A stretch of 64,000 nucleotides of DNA, taken from positions 1,922,001 through 1,986,000 of the forward strand of contig CDRNST010000091.1 of assembly GCA_977016875.1 (NCBI GenBank). The letters run 5' to 3'. Positions within the stretch are counted from its first letter, which is position 1; the number at the start of each line of letters is the position of its first letter. A program made the translations under genes and the position numbers. This document shows positions 33,472-45,444 of this stretch, piece after piece. The DNA is from Pavona decussata (taxonomy: Eukaryota). A model generated the notes under the pieces. The model saw only the letters and a program-made list of their open reading frames with translations. It searched no databases and was not told the DNA's origin.

Positions 33472-34698
33472 GGAAGGGTCATCACCAAGATAGATATTCG
33501 GTAAATAATATGATCGGTCCATAAAACTTGGAAATGCATAGTGCAATAACACTCTCTTGAGTGTAATTGAAGTTGTATTATTGGAATTTATTAAAAACAA
33601 TCCAGTTTACTTAAGCCAACTTACGTAATTCGGCTATAAGAATGACACAGAGTCAAAACGGACATTTCAAGGACAAACAATAATGCAAACATGACAAGTG
33701 TGCACTGCGACAGAAGATGGATTTTAAACTAAAGTTTCCATTCCTCCCAATGTCAAGTCACGGTTTTTCAAAGAGGAATTAAGGATCCAAACTGGGGTGA
33801 TGTGGAAGAGTTCTGCACAGCGCTGTTTGTATTTAATGAAAGTAAAGATTCCAATAAAAAGCGAGAGTATTCAAAAGTTTAATAATTATAGATTGGGAAA
33901 ATAATAATTCTGTCCCTATTTCTTAGAATTTAATGTTCTGTAAATAACTATCATTTTTCTTTTTCTATACACTGTAGAAATGTTGGTTCGGCATATTGGT
34001 TTTGTACTTATTTTACTTTATTTTTTAGTATTATTATGAAAATGGTGGGTGTACAAATTACATATTTCTTTTATCTGATTGATTTATTTCAGTGAAAAGA
34101 GAATTAATTTCTCCCAGTCAGATTTTGATTAGATCTCGAACCTGTCTAAGTTCCGTTTCTCGTTGTCTTTTTTGTTTTTGGAAGCGGTATGATAAAAGCG
34201 TGCTGCATACTTTCAAAAAAACTTTGCCCAATTTGTACTTTGTATATTTCTTCCGGCCCTAAAAACACATCTTTACGACATTCGTTTGTTTCCTTACTAG
34301 GAGCAATTCGCGCTTTTGTGAGCTGGCCCACTTCGCTCATGAACCCCTAGAATGTTCGTTTACGATTGCAGCCTCGTTCAAAGGAGTGTTCTAAGGGAAA
34401 AACAACAGCAATTTAATAACGCTTATGATAGCAATCCCATTTGATTTTTCAATTCTTTTCGTTGTGCATTTCCGGAGATACTTCATTTCTGTGCTTTATA
34501 GAGCTAAAATAATTAGTACAGAACGTAATTAAAAGGTGACAAAAGCACAGCAACCTTTTCAAGTCAATTCAAAATGAAGACAACGTCTTGTTGAGGGGTT
34601 ATTGACAACTAAGAATTTATATGTAAATTTCTTAGATCAAATTTTTTCATATTAAACGAGCAAATATCCACACAACCACACAGCAACCACTATCTGCT

Positions 34699-35643
34699 AT
34701 GTGTGATAACGGGACTTGCTCTCCTTCAGAAATAACCTTCAGCCCTTGTCAACTCAACGGGATTGAAGCAAATAACAGTTCCACTTTTCAAGCGGTTGTT
34801 CTCTCAACTACTGTTTTCATCGCCATATTGCTGCCCATTGCAGTGGCGGGAAATGCCCTGGTGTTGGCGGTACTATGGAAGAACCCGTCTCTCAGAACAC
34901 CGTCTTATACAATTCTCGCTTGGTTGGCTTTTACTGATCTTTGCACTGGGCTTGTCACCCAACCGTTTTACATTGCACTACATTTTACTTGTTTGCAGGA
35001 TACGAGGGGAAACAATAAGTCATGGATACTGTATTTTGGAACATCAGTCTGTGGCGTCTACTTTACTTACTTAACTTTGGTGCTCGTCTTGCTTATGTCT
35101 ATTGAACGATGGCTGCACATGAATCGTCGATCGTTGCTTACTGGGCACCGTATTTCTTTCGTCGTGGCACTTGTTTCACTGCTACTGATACCACTTGCAG
35201 CAGTTCGCTCTGTCAAGAGATACGAATTTGCCTCAGGAATTTTTTTCTTTCTCGCTTTCTTTTTTTGCGTTCTCGTTACATCAGTTGCCTATTTCAAAGT
35301 TTTCCGTATTATTCGCCACCATCAACAGCAAGTTCACTCAAACGAATCTTCGCAGAACTTTGGTCAACCAGCAATAGACCAGGCGAAATACAAGAAATCC
35401 GTGATTTCTATCTTGTATATTTTAGGCGTTTTCTACCTTTGTTACCTGCCTTCCTTGGTTGTATTTGCAGGACTGATTGTTGTGATCAATGTAACTTTGC
35501 TAGAGGTAGCACTTAGGGTATCTGCGCTATTTCTGTTTCTGGCTTCTTCAATCAATCCTGTGATTTACATTTGGAGGATGAATCCTATTCGAACTGGAGT
35601 GAAACTTTTTATACGGAAAGTTTTTTGTATGGAGTCAAACTAA
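34699..35643 (+). CDS. Intronless class A GPCR (314 aa)
   Basis: Intact 7TM ORF with GN, LRTPSY, LAFTD, SIERW, CYLP, SSINPVIYIWRM. Confidence 0.93.
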   Translation: MCDNGTCSPSEITFSPCQLNGIEANNSSTFQAVVLSTTVFIAILLPIAVAGNALVLAVLWKNPSLRTPSYTILAWLAFTDLCTGLVTQPFYIALHFTCLQDTRGNNKSWILYFGTSVCGVYFTYLTLVLVLLMSIERWLHMNRRSLLTGHRISFVVALVSLLLIPLAAVRSVKRYEFASGIFFFLAFFFCVLVTSVAYFKVFRIIRHHQQQVHSNESSQNFGQPAIDQAKYKKSVISILYILGVFYLCYLPSLVVFAGLIVVINVTLLEVALRVSALFLFLASSINPVIYIWRMNPIRTGVKLFIRKVFCMESN

Positions 35644-35888
35644 GGACGGGTCATGGCCAAAATGAATGTTGACCCTGATTTCAGGTTAAATAATATGATT
35701 GGTTCAAAAACCTTGGAAGTGCATAACACAGTAGGGTCGTTACACTTTCTTGAGTGTAAGTTAAGGTGTATTATTGCAATTTATTCAAAATGATCCAATT
35801 TACTAAAACCAACTTACGTAAGTCGTCTACGAATAGCATAGAGTCATGATGGACATTTCTAGGAAAAAAAATAATGTAAACATCACAA

Positions 35889-36620
35889 ATGTGCACTGCG
35901 ACAGACACTGCTCTTACTGATCTTTGCACCGGGCTCGTAAATAGACCGTTTTACATCGCACTACATATTACTTGTTTGCAGAATGCGAGGGGAAGCAACA
36001 AGTCACGGATGCTGTATTTTGGAACAACAATCTGTGGCACTTTCTTTACTTATCTAACTTTGGTGCTCATCTTACTTATGTCTGTTGAGCGATGGCTACA
36101 TATGAATCGTCGATCGTTGCTTACTGGGCGCCGTACTTGTTTCATCGTGGCAGTTGTTTCATTGTTTCTGATACCAGTTGCAGCGATTCGCTCTGACACG
36201 AAATACGACTATGCCTCTATAATTATTTTCTTTGTCGTTTTCTTTTCTTGCGTTTTTGTTACGTCATTTGCCTATTTTAAAGTTTTCCGTATTATTCGTC
36301 ACCATCAACAGCAAGTTCACTCGAATGAATCTTCGCAGAACTTTGGTCAACCAGCAATAGACCTGGCGAAATACAAGAAATCCGTGTTAACTATCTTGTA
36401 TATTTTAGGCGTTTTCTACGTTTTTTACCTACCTACTTCATTTGTAGTCCTTGGACTGATTTTCAGGATCAATATGCGAGTGGTAGGCGTAGCATTTAAC
36501 ATAAGTATACTATTTGTGTTTCTGGCCTCTTCAATCAATCCCATGATTTACATTTGGAGAATTAATCCTATTCGAACTGGGGTAAAATCTTTTGCGCAAA
36601 AATTCTCTGTATGGAGTTAA
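35889..36620 (+). pseudogene. 5'-deleted GPCR (starts in TM2) with an ATG borrowed from spacer DNA
   Basis: Spacer sequence gtgcactgcgacaga joins to TM2 gctcttactgatctttgc. No N-terminus or TM1, and a 1-nt frameshift in the C-tail. Confidence 0.82.
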
Positions 36621-37759
36621 ACTAAAAAGGGTTTCTGGCTAAGATTGATGTCCACACCGTTGTTTACCCAGAAACTTGGAAATGCATAGTGACTAGATGC
36701 CTTTTACCTGGATGAACTGCTTTACTTGAACAAATAAAAAATGTAAAGTCAGACAACGGAATTCTTCGTTTCTCTTGAAACTGCAACTGAAGATTTTATA
36801 AGAGCGAATTTTAGATAGAAGTAATTAACGGTTACTTGCTTATCTACAAATAAAACTTTCTACAAATAAAACTTCTCATGAAAATAGAAACACCCCCCCC
36901 CCCCCCCCCACCTCCTAAATCATGGAAATTTCCAACACTATTTGAATGAAATACTGTGAACTTTCGCTCGATATTTTTTTTTTTTTTGCTGCGCCATTAA
37001 CACTGTTTCTCGAGAATGAGACTCTTTATAAAATGAAATTCTTAGTGATAAAACTAAAGTATAAATGTAACTTAACTTTAAACGCCAGTTTGGTCCTCCA
37101 GTTCTTGTCGGAAAAAAAATTATCCTTGATCATGTATTTGTAATGCCAAAGCGAAAGTGTTAAAAGCTAATTTAAAACTGCCATCAGTAAAGAGCATTTA
37201 AATTTCATTAAACATGGTGTATTCTACAATCCTAGAAGTAGGATGTTAACAACAATCTCTCTTCTGTTTGTTGTATTGGTGGAATGAGCGAAATGAGGTG
37301 AAACTTTCACTAAAAAACATTAGTTGCATGCAGCAAAACTTAAATAACAATAAAATGCATGAAAACCCTGCATAAAATGCATTTAGCTTATTTCTGTTTT
37401 TATATCTTACAAAAGCTTTCCAGAAAGAACTTAGAATTTTTTCATAATTGCTGGGTTATAGAAGAACACAGTACTGACTTTAGTGTCGTTATATCCTTCG
37501 TTTTGTTCATAGACTTGTTCATTATTTGCTTTCCTTTTGTGCTTTGTTTTTTATTGCAATTTGACTGAAGCGGTCGCTGATACCCTCTTCCTTCAATCTT
37601 ATTCCCTTCAATGAATATAAATTCATCAGTTTTACCTTCAAATATGTCTCAAAACTAAAGAGACAAAATTGAATCAAAGAGGGGGAAAGGGGCAATTCGA
37701 TCAAAAAGGCGCGTATCTTTGTTAATGCCGGAAATCGGTGACAGTATGCGGAGAACGTA

Positions 37760-38290
37760 AAGTCACGAAGGACATTTTAAGGACAAATAATAATGTAAAC
37801 ATTATACACTGCGACGGAAGATTTATTTTAAACTAAAGCTTGCTTTCCTCGCAATTTTTTTCCAAAGAACAATTAAGGGCCCAAACAGGGGTGATGTGGA
37901 TGAGCAAGAGCAATCTTTCTTAACAGCGCAGTTTGTATTTAAAGAAAGCGGAGGTTCTAACAAAAAGCGAAGTATTTAAAAGGGTAATAGTTTTATATTG
38001 GGAGAATAATAAGTCTGTCACTCATCTTCTACGATTTAATCTTCTGTAAATAACAATCATTTCTCTTTTTCTGTACACTGTAGAAACATGTTGTCTTGTA
38101 CTTATTTTACTTCCTTTTTTATTAATGTTTTGTAAATGATGGATATTTCCTTTATCCATTTGATTAATTTCAATTTCAATTTATTACTCCCAGTCAGACC
38201 TTGATTAGATCTCGAAGAATATTTCCCGTTCTTTTGTTTCTAAAGCGGTATGATAAAAGAGTGTTGTATACTTCGTAAAACACTTGCCCC
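37760..38290 (+). repeat. Duplicated intergenic spacer (matches ~33655-34235)
   Basis: Colinear similarity from gacattt.aaggacaaa to gcggtatgataaaa..gtg...ttgcccaattt. Confidence 0.8.
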
Positions 38291-38889
38291 AATTTTGGGT
38301 TCTGTCCAATTTTTTTTAACCATCAATACAATATTTTTACAAAACATTTAAACATATAAAAGTATACTTCATTACAAACTTGTATAGAAATGAGGCCTAC
38401 TGAAACACCAAGCATTAGTAACTTGCATACACCAATCTGGAATATTGTATTTTTGAAGAAAAACAAGATTCATACTAAGTTATTATTCGTAGTTTTAATT
38501 CGCAATGTTAAAAACAGGTGGTAATTCATACCTGGGAAAACTATTAAACCAAAGAAAAGCTTTTGTTCTTTTTAATGAAAAGCTTAGCAACAGCTTAATA
38601 TATCGTGTAGTTTCTTAAGGCAAAAATAATTAACTTTTCTTTTTATCAACCTATTTGTTCTGTAGAGAGAGTAGACAATATCAATGGAAATTTTAGACAT
38701 TTTTTTTTTACTCAATAAATAAATAAGCAACTCAAACGAAAAAATAATAAGTAGAGTAAGTTGGAGAAATGGACGTCCAGACAATAAAGCAACATTAAAT
38801 TTAGAGCGAATCAGTTCTGCTTGTAAAACACAGATGGCCTATATACACAATGTAACTGTGAGACTTATCCAAGGCGGCCAAACATCACT

Positions 38890-39596
38890 ATGTTCAACAA
38901 CACAACTCCTTCTACCTCTCAAAGTAATTGCAAATTTTCTGACTGTGGCAACTAAAAGGGAAGCTTTGTCACATTCAGTGTCGTACGTTACTCATCTGCA
39001 ATTTTCATCGCTATTTTGTCGCCAGTGGCAGTGGTGGGGAATACCCTGATTTTGGCGGCAATCTGGAGGAACCCATCTCTTAGAACACCTTTCTATATCG
39101 AACTTACATCAGCACTGCAGTGCTTACAGTGGTTCCATTCCCATTGACGGTGTTTCACGCCATTGGAAATATAATTCGAAATCGCCCTGGACATGAAATA
39201 AATACTGCTTTTCTTATATTAATATTGTTTTGCCTTACAGTCACAACAATTGCTTGCTTCAAACTTTTTCGAATAATTTGACGTCACCAGCAGCAAATTC
39301 AGGCAAACGAGTTGTACTTTATCAAGTACAGGAAATCTGTATTCTCCATCCTTTACATACTAATGGTATTTTATGTTGGTTACTTACCAATGTCCATCAG
39401 TTTGGTGCTGATACTTTTTCTAAGTGACAGAGAATTAGTGATGTATTTTTTTAACGTCTCAATGGTTCTTTTATTTTTGTCCTTCTCTCTCAATCCTCTC
39501 CTTTACTTCTGGAGAATGAAAGATATTCGGGATGAAGTTAAACATTTGGTCGAACGAATAATGTGCAAAATCACGACAACTGAAAACGGTTCTTGA
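38890..39596 (+). pseudogene. GPCR pseudogene with internal deletion (TM2-TM3), frameshifts and stops
   Basis: MFNNTT start and TM1/ICL1 (LAAIWRNPSLRTP) jump to TM4-like sequence. The C-terminal part, KYRKSVFSILYIL...SLNPLLYFWRM, is preserved. Confidence 0.85.
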
Positions 39597-40010
39597 TAAG
39601 ACAAGACTTAAACTCTGTTTATCTTCGGCGACATGGAGTTTCATTTCTTAAAACTGAACTTCTAGAATTGAAGAGGGCACAGGGATATTTATTAAAAATG
39701 TAATTATGAAAGGCTTGTTAGTCCAATTAAAGCTTTAAAAAGATGGCAGATGATTAGAATCTGTAAAGCTAAACACCAGAAAATGTAGGTTTGTTACTTT
39801 CCTAAAGTTGTTTTATTGTAGATTGTCGATTGCTATCGATAGTACTCCTCGAAAGAACAGTTAATTAAAAGCCACCTTCTTTCCAAGAGTGAAGATAATA
39901 ATTGTCTTAGTGACATAGCACCCTTGAACACAAATTTAAGTTCATGCAAGATAATGAAAGAAACGGAATGTGACACTTTTGGCGTCTAAGGCCATTTTCT
40001 GATTTTAATG

Positions 40011-40165
40011 GCCTTAGCTCCAACGAGTCTCCTGTTGTTCAGTGGTAGAGCATCCGAACTAGAGACCGGAAGGTCTTAGGTTCGACTCCTGATAGGAGCA
40101 CTCATATTTCCATTTTTCCGAGTATGCCTGTGTCACTGACTAAATAATACATCGTTATCATTTTT
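40011..40165 (+). mobile_element. tRNA-derived SINE
   Basis: A-box-like tgttcagtggtagagca and B box ggttcgactcc, followed by a non-tRNA tail shared with 3835-4470. Confidence 0.75.
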
Positions 40166-40465
40166 AGAATATTTCCTCGTTTTGTGGTATTGAATAACAA
40201 CAAAATCTTTAACTTTTGAACGTTTTTCAGTGATGAAATAGCAGAGGCCCACAGAGATATCAGTTGTTATAGTCTAGCTCCAAGGAAAAACACATTAAAG
40301 TAACCACGCTTACACAATAACTTAGACGGTATTATTCTTGTCTACATTTATTCTTTTAAAGAGCAAACGAGTTTGGTAAGACTTTTTTTCATCAAAGGGG
40401 CGGTAAATTGACATGCTATAGTTGTTGTACTTTAAAATTCAGCTTCTTTCTACGAGAAATGTTAA

Positions 40466-41057
40466 AGTGGCCTTAACCCTTCAATTTGTTTTCTTTTGGT
40501 AGATTTCCATATCTTTCAAGAACTCATTTTTGAAAAAATATTTGAGAAATATTGAATCCAGTCTTGTCGATATTTTCACCTATCGTTTGCATTAGTCACC
40601 CACTCGGCCAAATGTGTCCAAATATGGAGCGTGACGTAAAAAAAGGACATCGTGCAAAAATATCAGAAGATTCGCGGTAATGCTTCAATTGCAAACAGAG
40701 AAAATGGTTGAAAAATGTGTGGTTTTTGGATGCAGCCACTCTCGAAATGTAGAGAAAGGAATCAGCATGCATAAGATTTTCTAAATCCTTCTGAATCCTT
40801 CTGGTGTCCTTTTGTTACGTCACAGCTAAGAAAGTTTCAAATATCGGACGCTTCTCATTGGCTCGTTCCTAATGAGCCCACGAAACAAAAATTTGTCTAG
40901 CGGGGCTTAAAGAGCGCAAAAAATTTAAAAATTGCAGTAACTTTTAGCGCTCGTAAAAAAAAAATGATTCAATATTTCTAAAAAAATTTCGAAAATGAGT
41001 TCTTCACAGATATGGAAAACTGCCAAAAGAAAACAAAGTGTCTAATATCGACTTTCC
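40466..41057 (+). mobile_element. Kolobok-like non-autonomous transposon with long TIRs and a THAP-domain remnant
   Basis: TTAA at both flanks (40462, 41058) and ~75-bp inverted arms. Internal ORF 40704-40784 reads MVEKCVVFGCSHSRNVEKGISMHKIF*. Confidence 0.7.
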
Positions 41058-41398
41058 TTAAATAGCATTTAAAGAATACTTGGCGTGTTATGGCAAGATG
41101 TAGGAAGATATTTGTTTACAGGTTCAGCCTCAATATATAAGCATAAACAACAAACAAGATACAAATAAATGCTCTCCATTAATTGACACTGAGAGCTCTG
41201 TACTCGTTAAAAATTTAAGGACGATATGCTAAATAGTTTCGAGAAAGTGACTTTTAAAAGTATCAATATGTTACAAAGCATATACGGCTTCTATGTAAAT
41301 TTCGCAGATTTTCAGGGCTATTTTCTCCAAGAGTTTTAAACATATCACTCTGATTACCAAGTAGGATACGCCCTTCCAGTCGAGAAAATTTCTCCCAT

Positions 41399-41605
41399 AA
41401 TAGGCCCTTTGGAGCTAATGGCCACATGGTCCAGAATCCGCCATGCTAGAGAACAACTAGCGCACTAGGACATCCAAAACGAAAGGACTTCACCCAGTTA
41501 AACTTGGATTTTCTTTTTTTTTTTTTTTTTATGTCCCAGTGGGCAGCTTGCTCTGCAGAACGGTGAAGTTTGTACCATGTGACCTTTAGCTGCAAAGGGC
41601 CCATT
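41399..41605. mobile_element. Palindromic MITE (family shared with 8126-8322)
   Basis: Ends are aataggccctttggagctaa and ttagctgcaaagggcccatt. Confidence 0.75.
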
Positions 41606-41716
41606 CAGACGGTTAACCTTAGGGGACACAAAGTTACGGCGCTCGGATAAGGCGTGTATATACCTTATCTGTATACTTTTACCTACAAAACTATAATTGA
41701 AGCTTTCGTTGTGCTA

Positions 41717-42653
41717 CTATACGCAAAAAAGCTTCTTGAGTAACTTTTTTACTCCAATTCGAATGTCATTCATTCTCCAAATATAAATAGCAGGATTCAG
41801 AGACGACGACAGGTACAGAAACAACATGGATATCATTTTCCCGACCTCTGTTGCTCTGTTGGCAGTCCTAAAAAATATAAATTCCTGCGATTATGAGAAA
41901 AGGCGAGTAACTGACATAAAAAACACTTAAAATGTAAAGAATGGTGAACACTGATTTCTTATACTTCATCACGCTATTACCGATTGACTGAAACGGTTTT
42001 GAGAAGATTGGTTAGCTCCAACTTGTTGTTGATGACGACGAATGATCAAAAAACTTTAAAATAAGCTGTTGATGTGGCAAGAGTATATAACATTAACGTG
42101 ACCAAAAATATAGCAGTATAAAGTAGGGGAAGTCCCGTTAACTTAATAAGGGTAACTGGTATCAGAAGGAGTGCTCCAACTGCCGTGATAAGCCACGTAC
42201 GGCGTACGGTCAGCAACGATCGACGAACCATGTGCAGCCATCTTTCCACAGACATAAGCGTCACGAGTGATAAGTTTAAGTAAACAATGTAAGCACCACA
42301 GAATGACATGACAAAAGTAAAATTCGTGGAAAACCATGGTTGATTTTCGGTGCCGTTCTCTAAACACGTAATCGTTATCGTCACATATAAAGGTTGAATT
42401 ACGAGTCCTGTGAAAAGATCCGTAAAAGCCAATCCACATAGGATCAGTGACGAACGAAGGTGATCTGAGAGATGCATTCTTCCAAAACGATACTGTTTCC
42501 TACCACAGCAACCGGGGACAGAAGAGCAACGACAAATGAAGTTGAGAGAGCTATCGCCTGATATGAAGTACTTCGATTTCTTGGAATGCCATCCAAGAAG
42601 CAAAGGTTGAACCGGATGTGATCTCGAGGGAGGACAGTTGAGTTTTCAATCAT
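41717..42653 (-). pseudogene. GPCR pseudogene with several frameshifts
   Basis: Pieces in different frames: MIENSTV...SPVAVVGN, LAFTDLFTG...SVERWLHM...AYFKVF*, and ...SLNPAIYIWRMNDIRIGVKKLLKKLFCV*. Confidence 0.87.
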
Positions 42654-44465
42654 GGCTTGGCTGCACAAGTTTGTTGGAATCGGAATTGGAAGTAAATCTT
42701 GCTTTTAGTGTGACAAATGTGATTCGACTGTAGCGTAAGACTAACAACGATCAATTTCAAATCTCTCTAGTGACACTTATGACATTGTTTCCCTCCTGTA
42801 AAACTATTGCCCGCAGCTCCTAATGGAGCATAGGCCACCTTACAATAATTATTTAAATTTATTTTTCCACGATCCAAAATTTCTTCTTTTCTCTTAAATC
42901 CGCCTGATCCATAAGTGGTAGCCAGGAACCACTTTTTAAAGACAGTCATAGTTTCTTTCTCTTTCTCTTGAGGAAACTGTTCCCTTGCTCGTCAAGCACA
43001 CTGTTTCAACTCAAGTCATCCGGTTTATTCTCAGCAAGTGAGTGACTGAAAAAGCTGGAAAGAACATGCAATTTAACTTTGTTTACTTTCCCGACAAACA
43101 AGAATCGTATTGTTGTTGTTCTTTAAGGCAAGTTTTCCAAAAAGAGCAGGAAATTGAAACCTGAAGTCCTTTCATTTGATTGACATGATTTGGTGTCCTT
43201 ACAAAACAATGAGTCGCAAAGCAATCAAACCTTGTGCCATCCTATTAATTTCTATCACCGCCGGAGAAAAGCAACAGTAGGCGGACATAAATGATTCATT
43301 TTCAATAACAAAGCCCTGATCGAGACTCAAGCGAGATGCATTTTAAATTGAGAGCGCTCACTGCTATATTGAAATTTTCATCGAGATTTTTGGCCAGTAC
43401 AAACTTGACCTCGTGTAAATAGAAAAAAATCGAGTAAACTCAAAATTTATTATTTGTTATCTAGTTTAAATCGGCAATATGATTTCGATAAAGAATGGGA
43501 TTTCAGCCAGGGCCTTATACTTTACCTTACTTTTTTCAATATCGCGCGTCAATATTTGGAGGCAAAAATTGTGGCTTAAGATAGCCCTAGTCTTTAGGAA
43601 GAATACTGCAACTTTTATTTCGTTAATACTAACCTGCTTTTCAACTTTCATATGCGTAAGCAGCACACAAAATGCAAAAGTAAAAAAACGCCGAGTTAAG
43701 TTATAAGTACAAACGTTAAACAAAGGAAGCTGTATAACCTGTTTAATATGTTTGGTAGGACATGTACATGTTCGAGTCACACCAGTTAATTATATTGACT
43801 GTACTAAGGTTGAAATGAACTCTGGCGGACTGTTGTTATTGTTTTATTATTTTTGTTTTCTTTCTGGGGGACTGTTATTCTAAAAGGTGTTGACACACTC
43901 ATAACGCTGAATGAGTATTCAGGTGTACATTTCTGGGCAAAACCGAACTTTTCTGCGAGATTTTCTCGTGAGAAACGGCACTCTCTTTCGAAGAAAGAAC
44001 ACGTTTTATTTGTAATCTTTTATTGGTCCATACCATTATTGAAGAAATTTAACTACACGCTGTTATTCATCAGACGATATATATACAGAAGCGGCACTTC
44101 TTAACAAACAGCTACCAAGCATTTTATTATTGAGTTATCAAGATCAGTAAAATCCCATCTTGGGGAAACTTTGCTCTTACAGAATACCCGTTCAGTACAG
44201 TCCGCAGAATAGAAGAATTACTGAAAACAGCTCCTCGGAGTTTCCGACATTACTCACACTAAATTAGGGTCTCCCGAAAATGCCTGTTCTAGCGGGCGTG
44301 CGCTGAAGTTATGTTGTTTTGAAACACATTTTGCATAGAATTGCAATCACTTTATCTTTATAATTTTTTTTAACCTACTCCGTTAACTTGGGTAACTAAT
44401 GGCTGACAAACAGTACAAAGTGATTAAGTATTCCCTTTGATAAAAAATCGCTTTTCTCACTTGAG

Positions 44466-45444
44466 TTAGTTGTTTTTGCAAAATATTCGCTTTACTAAAT
44501 GCTTAACTTCATTTCGAATATCTCTCATTCTCCACGCGTAAAGAAGAGGATTAAGTGAAGAAGACAAAAATGTAAGTACAGTTGTCATCTTTAAAATTTG
44601 TATGTTCAGTGTTGACCGTTTCTTCGAGAAAACGTTCACCGTCAAGGTTATAAACATTGGCAAGTAGCCTATGTAGAAAACTATCAAAATGTAAAGGATT
44701 GTGTAGACCGATTTCTTGTACTTAGAAAAGTCGATCGAGGATTGCCCAAAGTTGTGGGACATTTCGTTCGCTTGGATTTGCTGTTGATGGCGTCGAATTA
44801 TTCGAAAAACTTTGAAGTAAGCCACAGAAGTGACAAGAATGCAACATAGAAAAATTGAAACAAAATAAATATCTAGTGTAAGTATCTGTGTTCCTGTAGT
44901 GAAGAAGAGTACACGATATACTGCTAATGGGATTGGAAGCAGCAACATTACTGCTGTAATGATAAGGACCCTGCGCACCGTCACCAACGATCGGCGAGTC
45001 ATATGCAGCCATCGCTCGATGGACATAAGGGTCATGATCAGCAACGATGTGGAGGAGAAAAAAAACCGCACAGCTAGCCGTGACAGCTTCCATTTCTATG
45101 TTAAAATTCCTCGAGGCGCTAAGTATTTTGAACGCTGAATCTTCTAGATGGATCAATTCATTTGCGACATAAACTGGCTGGGTGATGAGTCCAGTACTGA
45201 AATCAGTAAAAGACAATCCAGCGATCAGAATGTAGGACGGTGTTCTGAGGGATGGGTTCCTCCAAATTGCAGTCAAAACCAGAAAATTTCCTATTGCTGC
45301 AATCGGCGATAAAGTAGCGACGATAATTGAAGCTGACAAAGACACAGCATACGACGTGCCAAAGCTCTGATTATGATCGCTGCTAAAATGTGATACGTTT
45401 GTGTAATACATCTGGGGAAGTAAATAGGTTTCGTTTTGAGTCAT
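44466..45444 (-). pseudogene. GPCR with a single +1 frameshift in a homopolymer (325 aa if corrected)
   Basis: Two overlapping ORFs join into a full 7TM protein if one base is removed from the A8 run at 45058-45065. The span is 979 nt (3n+1). Confidence 0.8.

Noticed and set aside
38330-38800. Possible minus-strand LINE 3' end
   Set aside because: Only a weak KKLHDIL resemblance, which is insufficient support.
40024-40100. tRNA gene
   Set aside because: Has A/B boxes but imperfect stems, and continues into a SINE tail found elsewhere in the window.
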